Source of the DNA: Diadema antillarum
Taxonomy: Eukaryota
NCBI RefSeq assembly: GCF_040938485.1
Contig: NW_027272208.1
Coordinates: forward strand, 248,001 to 312,000
Direction of reading: 5' to 3'
DNA: 64,000 nt
Shown one piece after another: positions 12,471 through 42,700 of this stretch (the stretch's first letter is position 1; every line of letters begins with the position of its first letter). The notes under the pieces are model-generated. The model was not told the origin of the DNA. It made no database searches and worked only from the letters and a program-made list of their open reading frames with translations. A program made the position numbers and the translations under genes.

Positions 12471-13400
12471 TACCTCCAGTGAGTACTTTTCCATCCACCT
12501 GGAGACTCACTCCTTGGATTTTATTTATTGGTCAAGAATTGTAAAACAAACTGTATTTAAAGTCTATTCCTTCTAGGGCTTCTCGGATTGTTACCACAAA
12601 AAAAGTCAGGCTCAGGTATTGGTATTTATGATACTAGATATTTTCTGTGTGTCTTGTTTTCCTCTTGAAATGTATGATTTTCTGAGAGGACCATAAGAGC
12701 ATAGGATTTTTTTTTCTTTTTGACTTGCTAGAGTCTTGTGCTCAATGCATAAGCTGTGGAAGTCCTGTGTCAGGTAATTGTGTGATAAAGTCAGTACCTA
12801 GACTCATATAGTCCAAGCAATATGGTTTGGATAACTTCAAAACAAACCAACAACATATTGGAATGAAGATTATTATACAGGTCAGAACCTTTCTTATTTG
12901 GAAGGTCCTTAAAGGGAGGTACACAGATTCTAATTATGCTTTCTTGAAGCACATGGGTTACATGCCATGCCGAGCTTGAATTATGTGTATCCTTGTGTTT
13001 ACGTAAAATGTGTCTCCACTTACACATTTTACAGGTGCTTTGAAATAGTGGTGTTAAGCACTGAAGACTTTTTAACATTGTCATTTTTATTTTTATTTTT
13101 ATTACAAGATGTTCGCTAGATTCATCAGAAAGCAGTCATTTGCAAGAGAGAGAGAGAGAGAGAGAAAGAGGGTAAGGGACAGAAAGAGTGTACATGGTTG
13201 AGAGGGAACCTGCTTGCTTGATGTAGCCTGAAATAATGATGTGAAAAAATTGCTTCACAGAATTAAATCAGTAACCTTCAAGTGTGCTTTTTGCACAAAC
13301 CTTGGATCTTCTTGCCTTCTGTGATAGAAGCCCATGTTTGGAAAGCAAGACAGGGTGTCTGAAAACAAAAAACAAAGCCCACTGTAGTTCAGTATGTCCT

Positions 13401-13712
13401 GGGCCCTGTTTCATAAAGCTGTTCGTAAAGTTACGCATGGACTATGAAGTGCCAACATGTGTGCCCATTTTTTTCCCTTATATCTTAACAAAGTACAACA
13501 GTATGTCAATATTTCATCTATTTGGGAGCAAAAAACACTCTTTAAACTAAAATTGTGTGTTAGCATGAAAGGATAATCATTATCATCTGCAAATCTTAAC
13601 TTTTTACAGCTATTGAAATTAACAATGATTAGGAAACCCACTCGGCTTGCCATATTTAAGTCATTCTTAAAGTCGTGTGTAACTTTACAAACAGCTTTAT
13701 GAAGCAGGGCCC
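13401..13712. mobile_element. PIF/Harbinger-like MITE
   Basis: ~35-bp TIRs GGGCCCTGTTTCATAAAGCTGTTCGTAAAGTTAC / GTAACTTTACAAACAGCTTTATGAAGCAGGGCCC; CTG/CAG flanks. Confidence 0.7.
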
Positions 13713-14496
13713 CAGAGTGGTAAACATTACATGTGTCATAGGATCATGGTGGCGTGTCTGAGGTAAAAATTTTCACGGAGAGCCGTTCATGTTTTGTGAA
13801 CTTAATACTGTGAAACATGTATGCACACATGCATTCACACATCCTGAACAAAGGCATACTGTGCACATAACCAGTGATCTGTCTACATCAATGTGAAATG
13901 TATAAAAACCAGCCTGCCAAATGTCATGGTACAAGTAACCTATTGATATCAAGCATATTTGTACCAGATATAATGCTCTCCAAAGAAGTGATCATTACCA
14001 AGTGTATGCATTGTCCATTGTTAAATTGTCATGGTGTGAATTTGCATATATGAAATAAAAATATGATTGTTGAACCGATGTGCTTGAATTTGTCACCAAC
14101 GTCTGTGACGTAGTCATAGCATACTTTGCATAGGATAGAGTACAGGTTGTACATTGTACTAACCAACTTTGAAAAGCTATGTACATACACTTGTGTGTGT
14201 GTGTGTGTGTGTTTGCATGTTGCATGTTTGTACAGGTTGAAGGCAAAGTGCATGGTTTTATTTGGCTTGGGTTTTGTTTGATATTCCTGCTGGAGAGATG
14301 GAGCAGTTTGTGTGCGCAGTGTTAACAAACAAGGATGCAAAATGAATTGACCATATGCATCATACTTGGCTTAACTCTAGTGTGACACATGTGAATGCAG
14401 TACTAGTAGTCTTACAATTACCCTGTCACACTAATGTACCACAGATGTAGAAATACTTGTATTCTCAGAAGTAAATTCCAGATATGCATAAAAGTA

Positions 14497-14661
14497 CTGG
14501 TGACTCCCATTATAACAAAGTCCTTGGGATCGGCAGCTTTCTCTAGTTTTATCTGAACAAATAAAGTGTAATAATCAAGCTTATAATTTTAGGCCCTGAA
14601 TTTTACTTCATTGTATCCTAAATTTTGTTATAACCATGTTCATTAAACCGGGAGTGCACTG
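14497..14661. mobile_element. Tc1/pogo-type MITE, family B
   Basis: Ends ...GACTCCCATTATAAC / ...CCGGGAGTGCACTG|TA; same family as 15165-15317, 26743-26918, 61197-61380 and a fragment near 11575-11612. Confidence 0.65.
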
Positions 14662-15164
14662 TACCAAGTTGGTAGCAAACTTTTAATCTGTGGTTGCTAT
14701 GAAAGCATTGAGATACTTTCAGAATTAACTGAATTTATGTGTCCCCATCTTCTCAATACAACTTCCCAAGGAGAATGCTTTGGCAAGTGTTATAATTTTC
14801 CAAAATGGGTAGTCTCATTTCACTACTAAGAATCTTGTACTAACATGGGTCAATATCATAGCCATTGCTAGATTAATTCTGTAGATGCACCGGATATACT
14901 CTGGCCTGTAACTAAAAGTTTTCATGGATCGAGGCCAGAATGCTGCCAATTTGTCAAGATAGAGATGCAGGCTTGTCAGCAAAATTTCAGCTTTCTGGGA
15001 GTCCATGTAAGGGTTACAACATATCTGTTTCTATGTGTATGTGTCTGTCTGTCATGCTAGCTGTAGTCGCGATATAGTTGGCTGTATGTGTATGTGTGCT
15101 ACAAGCACACTCTCCTGCTTTTTCAGGCAGAGTGGTGTAATGGTGATGATGTGTCATTCACATA

Positions 15165-15317
15165 CAGTGCACTCCCGTTATAACGAACATGATTATAACG
15201 AGATTCCAGTTGTAATGACATAAAATTTCTTCAGTTATAATGAAATTATAATGAAATTTTGCTGTAAAGAAAGAAAACTGCGGGTCCTAAGGACTTCGAT
15301 ATAACGGGAGTCCGCTG
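15165..15317. mobile_element. Tc1/pogo-type MITE, family B
   Basis: TA|CAGTGCACTCCCGTTATAACG ... GATATAACGGGAGTCCGCTG|TA. Confidence 0.75.
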
Positions 15318-15812
15318 TACTCATACTTGTGTGTGTGGCTTTGCCGACTTGTTTCACTTATTTGGCATCCTTTTATACATTTTAAAGTTAGGTACATGTA
15401 TTGGTAGTTGTGGTGATGATACTGGAAGTGGCAGTAGTGTCGTAAGTGGTTATGTGTTGGTATTGGGTTTGTTTCTGTGTCATACTGTAGTCCCACTGTG
15501 ACAAAATATTCTCAATCTATTGTAGTATCTCTTTTTTATTTGACAGTTCATGTAAGAATGTAGTCACAACTGATGCAAGAGCAGAATTCAATTCAATGCA
15601 AGCAGGTTTAGCATGATTGGCAAAAGACTTACCAACATCTAGCTGTTAACATTTTGTATGTACAGAAAATGAACTTTTTTCAGAGGTTGTATTTTGTCAG
15701 TGTTTCTCTTTCACTGCAATGGATTCATCAGGGAGGTGTTAGAAAAGGAGAGACAACTCCTGCTCTCCTTTGAAGTCATGCGCGGCACCGCCGAGAAGTT
15801 ATGCGCTTAACT

Positions 15813-16113
15813 CAGAGACTCCAACCCCAAGCACCTTCTGATCTGGAGATTCTCCCGCCCGAAACCCCTAGCAAACGGGAGACTCCAAGTTGATGTGTGC
15901 GAAGCGCGAAGTTCAGGGTTCTAGATGTTCTCTGGTGCTATCTAAGGCTTATTTTTTCAACATACGATAGCAATAAGTAAAAAATCCTTTCCACCGGGAG
16001 ACACAGAGCCAGGGCGGGAGAAATCAAATCTCAAACGGGAGAACGGGAGATTTTGCAAAAATGGGCTTTCGGCGGGAGATCTCCCGTCGAAAACGGGAGA
16101 GTTGGAGTCTCTG
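15813..16113. mobile_element. Non-autonomous TIR element with CAG...CTG termini (hAT/P-like)
   Basis: TIR CAGAGACTCCAAC / GTTGGAGTCTCTG, direct flank TTAACT on both sides, internal repeats of ACGGGAGA/TCTCCCG. Confidence 0.65.
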
Positions 16114-18369
16114 TTAACTACAGGTGGAAATCAGGTGCTTTGACAAAAGAGAGCATCAATAATCGGGACTAGCGCTCTCACATCTAGAAATACTTGCCCC
16201 TACTGCATTTCGCTCTCTCTCTCTTTCAATGTGATGGCAACAATGAACTTGTGAAACTTGAATTGGAGCAGCGAATCAAAATGCAGTGTAAAACTGATGA
16301 TTTTAACAGCAAATAGTTTAAAAGCACGCTGGTGCACGCTTTAGCGTAGTACTTTATTTGAAAGATCAAAATATCCAAGATTAAATGATAGAAAACTAAC
16401 ATGCAGAAATGTGCGCATTATAGAAAAATATTAGGTTTTTAAGATGGCCTAATTTTCATTTCATTTCAATTTGCGCATTACGAAGAAACTAGAAATACAT
16501 GTTTATCATATTGAATTCTTTCCTAAACTACTCTTAATTCAAATATTTCATTTAAAATTTTACGGGGAAATAAAGCTTGTAATTCAACGAAAGGTGAAAT
16601 GCGTTCTTCGTCTCCGAACTTCGCCTTGCAACTAGAGCGGTGCAGAGCATGACTTCAAAGCGTATAGTGGAATGCTAGACATCCCATTGTAACGCTTTGA
16701 ACCAAAACATGTGTTTGCATGATTATGAAGAGTCGTCTCTCCTTTTCTAACACCTCCCTGGATTCATCAATGAACCACAAATCATGCTTTAGGAGTCTAC
16801 AACAAGCAATGACTAAATTCTTCAGACATCTACCAATTACCACATCAACGCATACTTACTTTTGTCTCTGTGATCTATAGTTACAATTTATTCACTGCAA
16901 TGGAAGTAGAGCCACTTGCATGTAACACAATCAATTTCAAGATTGTCCCAAGAAAAACCTGCACTTTACAGATAGAAAATGGGAGGTTGAATGACAAACA
17001 AATATCCCAGTGAATACAGCGTACATCCTATGACGACATTTATACAGACTTGTGATTTAAAATCTGCACCAAGCCATACAATGTATTTTGGTGCTGTATT
17101 ATTGAGTCTGTATTCACAATTTGCTTCATCTCCCCCACAAATGACCCTTCAAAGAAAAAATAGTTCAGATCTAATTAGTGTTAAACATTCTTTTCCCATT
17201 ACTCAATACATCTTGCCCAATTTACAGATGCAAGCAAAAACAAGACTCGATAAATGCACATCACTGTTCAGGACAAAGTTTGTATTTTCCTTGGAGGGTC
17301 TAAAGACTTAAGATGTCTTTTGTCTTCAAGATTCCCATATTCCCAGAGTTGATTAGTCCCAGTTACACTAAAAATACCAAAATCTTATAATTTGCGATCT
17401 GATAAAAGTGAATAAACTTTGTAATGGCTGTTAGATACACAGACAAAGATGACGGACTGGCAAACATGAAACATGCACCACATGATTGGTGATGAATGAA
17501 TCATTTTTTAAAGATTGGTATTTATGCATGTCCCCTTTCTGGATGTGTCGAGAGTTTTCTTAGACAGACTTCAGATTTGCTCCAAGCAGGCTTTTTATAT
17601 GTAAAAGGATATAAACTGGGTTTACCATATGCTGACCCACAATGGAGTAGTATCTCTCTTTAATTCAAAATTATTTTATGGTACCATGCACCTGTAATAC
17701 GAAATATGGATAAATCAATATGGACACACATGGAGCATACTATGTTATAACAAGTTCCCATTTCATTATCATGCTAGGACACAGTACATATCAAAAGGGT
17801 TGAAACCTATTCATGAAGTACTTAGTATGCAATGTGCAACATACAAGTGCCACATAGCACTCTTACTACACAAAGCAAAAATCAATATCTTACCATTATT
17901 TGAAATACTGATAAACATGTTTTCTTTTCTTTTTTTATAAACCTACATGAAAAACACAAAAGACTTGACTTTAATACAGCATCCTGTCAACTCCTTTCCA
18001 CTGTGACAAATTTAATGCAGCTTTCATGGTGTTGAACTTAAAAGGATCAACAACACCGTATGCCCAAAATTTATATATCTGCATTCATCACTGTCATGAA
18101 TTCATCACTAATTGTAAAAGACAAAGGGGTAGAAAAGGAAAATCACAGACTTTCAGACAAGACACACTGGATTGAACCAGTCCATTGTCTTGGCATTTGA
18201 CGGAAGGCCCCCAAAGCCTGCACTACTCCTCACAACACATTCTATCGGCATAGCAGCCAGCAAAGGTGTCTTGTGTACTGCCTGACTCCCGGTCACTATC
18301 CTGCCACCATTGGTCACTTTCTATATTATAGTCCACGTTTTTCGTCAACTCCAAATTTGCAGTTTCAAT

Positions 18370-36163
<17,794 letters not shown>

Positions 36164-36436
36164 GGTCAAATCTTTGCTTCTGTAGCACTGATTCCAAAAC
36201 TCTTAATTAATTTTGCACGTACAGTACACGGTAACTGTAGCGTAGTGTGGTCAATACTGTATACACTGTATCAATGGCTGACGCACAAAACACACGTGTT
36301 TCGCAACGAGAACATTCAGCAGAATAGGGAGACGCGTACGTCGAACCAACCAGTGCAGGCTCTCTGCACAGCCAATGTACCGCATGCAGCAGCAGTGGGT
36401 GTGCATGATGTAAGCTTTAAAGGTCTTGCACGATTC

Positions 36437-36448
36437 TGCGCATGCGCA
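36437..36448. promoter_or_regulatory. NRF1-type site upstream of HSPA9
   Basis: Perfect palindrome TGCGCATGCGCA (NRF1 consensus YGCGCAYGCGCR) ~275 bp upstream of the HSPA9 ATG; CCAAT at 36372-36376 and a CACGTG E-box near 36293. Confidence 0.65.
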
Positions 36449-38497
36449 ACATGTCTGGCATTGATTGACTCTACCACCATTACCCTTGTAGAACTTACTG
36501 GAATGTTTTTAGATAAAGCAGAAACAAGCGGATTTCATTGACATTTCTTTCCCAAACTGTATTTTTTCAACACTTCTGGTTTCTTATTGATCCAATCGAC
36601 CCCCGGATCGTTTTATTTTGGTTGCAATTAATGGTATTCTTTTCTCTCTGATCCTCCTCTTTATACGCTTTCTTCTTTCATTTCTGCATTCTCTTTCTTA
36701 TGTCTCATAACTTTTTTTTTTGTAGTCTCATGTTTTTCATGTGCTGTGAAAACGTGATGTGGATTCTTATGACATGCACATTCCATTGTGTTTATTCCAT
36801 TGTGTTTAATGACCATGATGATTATATAAATGCTAGCATATGATAACCATTCAAAAGTAAGACAGTTGTAACTGTAATTTGTCTGGCACTGTTTTCAATG
36901 AAATTACTTTGCATCACAAAATTTGTGTTACAAGTGTAAACACCAAACATGATATTCTCATCTCTAATCCTCTTCCTTTCCTTCTGTCCTTTTCAATCAG
37001 CATTAAAGACTGTTGGTCAAGGAAGCCTTTAGAATGAATTGTTCTTTGTTTTTAACGCAAGCTATTTGGTGCACGAATTGTGCCTATACACAGTATATCT
37101 TACAGTGACTATAAGATGTTGAACTGGGTTTATATGACGATGACGATGTCACACGACAGGATGAGCTTACCAAGTTTGTTGCATCTGAGCGTATACTGAT
37201 TCCATAAAGACACATTTCTCATAATTTTGAAATTTTTGTTTGTTGTTCAGGGAAATGTGTCATACAGTATAATGAATGTTTGATGTGCTCTTTCCATAAG
37301 GCTCAGAGTGCTTACAAATTACAAAGATAAAAAGATTAGGCTTTTCAAACAGAAAAAAAGGATACATGTAGTAAATAAAGAGCACTTTGATACACCCACC
37401 TTTTATTAGGACCACTATGTTTCGCTTTGTTTTTCGATATCTCGACTATTTTATAACTGATTTTCATCACATAAACTGTCAGTTCGTCATAGAATTGTAT
37501 GCTCTTTAATATTTTATGTAAGTGGTTTCTATAATCTCGCAAAAGTTAAAACCTGAATCCCATCTCAACCAAAACTATGAGGCCTACCATCCCTCTTTTT
37601 TTAATATTTCATGTTATTTATGTTTCCTTAGTCAGTTCTTAGTACGTGGTACATGTATTTGAAGCCTTTTATCATGCTTGCCACTTTTCAAATAATTATT
37701 ATGGTTTATGATTATCTTAATGTTTCATTAAATGATTTGATATAAATGTTTTTCTATATCTTTTCATATCACCAACACAATCATGGGTGTAGAATAGGAT
37801 GGTTTTGTTGCTTTGGTGGTTTATAATCCTAACCAAGATACACGTATGTTTTAAGTACATGTATGATAAAACCATTCTTTTTTTTCCTTTTTCTACATCA
37901 AACAATCACTGTTTCTCTGTACATGTACTGCAATCTCAGCATACACTCTCCAATCATTAGCATGCACATATACATTCTTTACATTACTATAAATGAGAAA
38001 GGCTTTGTAGAAATATACCATGGGAACAAATGAATTTATTCAACCATAGACTGACACACTGCATTCATGAAGGTTTGTGCAGTAAAAACACATTACATGT
38101 ATTATCGTCTTATATTTCCATCTCAAACTGATATTCGAATTCAGTGCCTCCATATCTCATGAAGATCAACTGGGGCTGCTAAAGAAACAACGGATTCAGT
38201 ATATTTCAATGTTGGAAATTAGCGAAATAAGAGCATATCTGAAAAAAAAAAAAGGTAAGGAAATAAAAGATACCACTGCTCCAAATGTAATGCTAAGCCA
38301 CAATCATGGAATGGTAAAAATATATTTCCCTGTGGGATATCTTGAAAAGATATATGCACACTTCTGTTTTATGTGTCCATACAAATTTAAGAGTACATTG
38401 CATTTGTGACTCTGCCATCAGTCACAGATTGTATTTATAAATTGCTCAATATTTCATTTAGTTTTGTTTTTTTAAATAGACTTGCCTTCAACAGTAG

Positions 38498-38826
38498 CCC
38501 TTATGAGAAGCTTGACTAGAATATACCCTGATGTATGACGCTATATGATAATCTGAAGTTCAAGAGGACTGCATTGCTGCAGCATGTCATTACTAAATTT
38601 GATTTTGTCGTCAACAAAGAGCATGAAATGACAGGCAAAGTTGAAAAATTGTGATCCCCTTTGCAAGAAGCTTGACTTGAAAGTACACCCTGATATTATG
38701 GATGTATTTATCATTTAAAGTCCAAAGAGGTAGGAGATGACTACTTTGTTAGACGTTATCATCACTGAGTTTCTGTCTTCACCATTGAACATATAATGCC
38801 AAGTGAAATATTGTGATTCCCTTCGC
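38498..38826. repeat. Degenerate tandem repeat, ~160-bp unit, 2 copies plus the start of a third
   Basis: CCCTT..AGAAGCTTGACT.GAA..TAC.CCCTGAT at 38498 and 38657; TTGTGAT.CCCTT ends each unit. Confidence 0.55.
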
Positions 38827-39760
38827 TAAAAAAAAACCCCAGACAAATAACTACCATCTTGCCCAGATGTAATAACCTTCATTCTGGCCCTCAACCTTGT
38901 TCCAGTGTTAATGAATACATGACATCAGCTTTTGACAAAACCACACAGATTTGAAAAGAGCAAACAAATTGATACCCTCCTTTATCTTTCAAGTTTGATG
39001 AAAGAGGGTGTCTGAGTTATGCAATCACACTCCCTAATAACAAGGCTTTTTACGTCTGTGTCTTCTGGTCCTCTGTTAAGATTTACCCAATAAGCCTGAC
39101 TCACGATCCTTCATTCATACAGCTGTGCAATACAAGGGTTTAAGGTATCACAGTCTACAGAGTTGAATTCCCTGAATGTGCCATGCAAAGCAAGGGGAAG
39201 GCAACATTGTGACAACTTTACCAGCACACTAGTTGATGCCTCTGAGCAAACCAATTCAGAGTGATTCAATTTTCTTAATCATTGTAATTCTGTGTCTGAT
39301 AAGGGGGAAAAAGTGTGTGAATGTTTTCATTGTTCACACACTAGACTGTAGGTGAAGATAATGTCATTTTGGCACAACTTAATTAGTACCTCTAAATCTG
39401 CCTGATGTCATTATGTGATTTTGAATCACAGAATCACTAAAAATATTATGGGCAATATATTTTGAGTTTATGCAGCTTCAGACTTATCGAACCTATCAAT
39501 CAGATGAAGGATGAGGTGATATCATCTAGAATTTTTTTACTCCTGCCAATCACAATACATTTATGCATTATACCAATGCAAACTATGATAAAATCAGATT
39601 TAATATCATACATTTTTCTTTTCAAGGGAGAACCACAAATACTCTAAATCATTCCTCCCACTTCACAATTCAAGAAACTTTCTGTATGGGAAGCAGATAT
39701 ATAATTTTCATCAATGCATAAACTGTTTGATGATCTGTCTTCATCTGGAGAGGGTTGGTC

Positions 39761-42700
39761 TTATGCCTTGCCTGCCTTTTGCATCTCCTGCAGAAATAAA
39801 CAAATAAACAAGCAAACAAATCAATGAATGATTGATCAAACCCCATAAGAACACAGATCAAACTGAAGAAAAGTTTTGATCAAATGTCATTTGATTTCAC
39901 TTGGTAAAAACTCACCATCAGAATATATGCACGCTGAATAAATAACACAGATTTTTACCAGATCACTCTATCAGAATGACATCATTTTCAACACAAACAA
40001 GAAGGCAAAGACAATTTCATTCTAAACATTAGATTTGAAAGTAAAATAAAGAAAAGAAAAGAAAAGAAGTACACCGATTGCACTGATAACTGTTCTCTGC
40101 TCATTGAAGCTATTCACTGAATTGTTTAATGTCACATAATGATTGCTAAACTAATTTTGGTGTGGTTCTGTAGGTGTCCACCATTAATTCTATTCATGCC
40201 TTTTTTTTCCCGTTTTGATTTCCAATTTTTGTTCATCTATTGAAAAGTGGTAACATAACTGCTCAAATGAATATGATGAAATATGTAGCACACAGCTAAT
40301 AGCAGCAATCACACCTGGCATATCAGACTCAATATGCATGTCCATCATCCTCACTGGGTGATATCTGACATCTGAAATGTATTCATGTACATTGCCACAA
40401 TAGTGGTTGCCTAGTCCACAAAAACATATAGTACAGCACTATGACTTCCTTTCATTACACTGAACAACAATTACATGCTGTTTAGTGTGTATTTGATACT
40501 TTAATACACCCATAAGATTCCAAATTCAGTGCTATAAAGTGACTTTTGCAGCTGTGCACAGACTCAAAAAGTGCAACAAAAACAAATATGAAATAAAAAA
40601 AAAAATGATCACAGCAGATGAGGGAAATACCTCTTGAGAATCTTTCACAACTGCAAATTTGAACCCTCTTTATTCACAGAGGAGATCTTTCACTTTGATA
40701 AAGCATACTTGCCACTCAGTCTAGCCAAAGCACAATAAGATCCTTGTGTAACCCGAATGTTACACTCCCGAGTTCATAAATAAAGAATATCACACCTGGG
40801 ATTAAGTTTTGACAAAATAATCCAATGACAAACTTTATTAGCTTGTTTGTCGTTCAACAAAGTACATCACTCAATTCAATTCATTCACAGACTCAATTGT
40901 GACCTTTGCCACATTGGCATAATTAAATATTTGCCAGTGTTCGGCGATAATTCGACTCGTTGCTGTCTCTTTGTTTCTCTCGCCGGTTATCCTGTCGACG
41001 AGCCCAGAGCAGTCACAAACCAGTCGTACACGGTAGCTGATGCAATGCTTAGTAGCTGTCAGTCACGCTGAACCAAGCAAAGGCGGGCCAAAGCTCTCAT
41101 CCAAATATGTATCTAGTCAAAAGAGCCAACACTTGTTTTCACTACAAGTTGCTCCACACGGCAGTCAGTGGATGTACGTGCCACAACCAGTTGTATCACA
41201 GGCACATAAAACTTGTATATAACAGTACAGCTGATGCTTGTAAGGTTTTACCAGTGTTTTGTGGTAAACCTCTCAGCAGATAATATATGTGTGAGAAAAC
41301 TTTCTGGATCACACAGTCGATGTAACAAGCAAAGTGGATGCAGGCCTCAAAGCGCTGGCAGGAAGCAGATATGCCTATTTGCTCCAAAGCTATGGGCTTT
41401 TATACTTTTCTATCTCTATGTAAAATATTGAAATTACAATCTTTCTCTAGAAAATCAGAAACTTCCAGGAAGTTAACTGACCAGCAGAAATTTCATTGGT
41501 TCATGTTTCTATGACATCATTCAAAGTCTGCCTCATTGGCTAGAGGTCACTCATTCCCCTTGACTTCCAGGAACATTACTGACGTACTGACCATCCACTT
41601 GGCCAGACAAAGTCTTAACATTGACCAAGGGCAGTAACGACAGGCTTTCCAGTCACTCTCGAGCATTCTGCCTACAGGGCTTTAAAGTTGCACTCCTGTG
41701 ACCTTGGTCACTGGAGCTGCTGCCTAACCAGCACAGCTATATAACACATTGTTTATACTTATGCAAACACTGATCTACTTAACATAGTAGACAAATCATA
41801 TAGCATAAGTCATAAAAGCACTCAATTAGGATATAGAGACATAATTATATCTCATTTGCATAAATGATGTATTAGACATAACCACTGCACATACATATCT
41901 CTTATGCTGAAGTGCGTGGATCACACTTTGTTCTGAACATATGAGATATCAAATAATAATCTTGCAAACAGTCATACCCCTTACAGTCATTGATAATATA
42001 TAGCACAACAGTATCTGTAACATAAAATGTGACACAGGTAAAGTAAAACTAGTAATGTATGGAGTTACTCTACTTTAAGGCACACGCAAAGATAGCCTAT
42101 TAAACAGTTCATTGGAAATTAGGGGGGGATATGTGAGAAGAAAGGAATAGGAGAGGACAGAATTTGGGCTAGACGTGCACTCTACGTCATTGTCACAGAA
42201 AATGTTGGCCTACAGTTAGAACCAGTCCACTCTGTATAGGCTTTGCCCATGGTGGGACACTGTCTCTAAATCCCAAAGCAACTACTACTTTGTGAATGAC
42301 CTTCCTCTTCTGAGACATGGTCCTTTCGCTTCTCTTGATGTGCCTACACACCAACAAAAGGGAGGGGTGCTTAAAACAATATCCCTAGACTGGCTAGCTT
42401 GCTCTCTCCTTGAGTTTTATTACACCTACATAGTCTAACACCAGCAGGGGCGTTTCACAGGGCTTGACCAGTCTCAATACACACAGGCTTACCATTAGAC
42501 ATTGGCTACTGGGGTCAAAGGCTGGAGGGGGAATCTGAAGACTAATCTTGGGGGTTACTAGTACACTGGTCGAGGGGTTGTTGGAAAACAGGTGGGGTAC
42601 GGACGTCAGAGGAGGGATGAATGGAGGGGGTGGTAATAACAGTGACCATGGGTCTTCCAAGGAAGTAGGAATCTAGTCTGACGACATTTCTGGAGAAATC

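Noticed and set aside
11788-18369. 6.6-kb gap between convergent PLPBP and HSPA9 stop codons, searched for a hidden gene
   Set aside because: Only MITEs, microsatellites and UTR-like AT-rich sequence; no exon chain recognised.
36309-36326. Heat-shock-element-like GAAnnTTC upstream of HSPA9
   Set aside because: Only two correctly spaced nGAAn units; the third is out of register.
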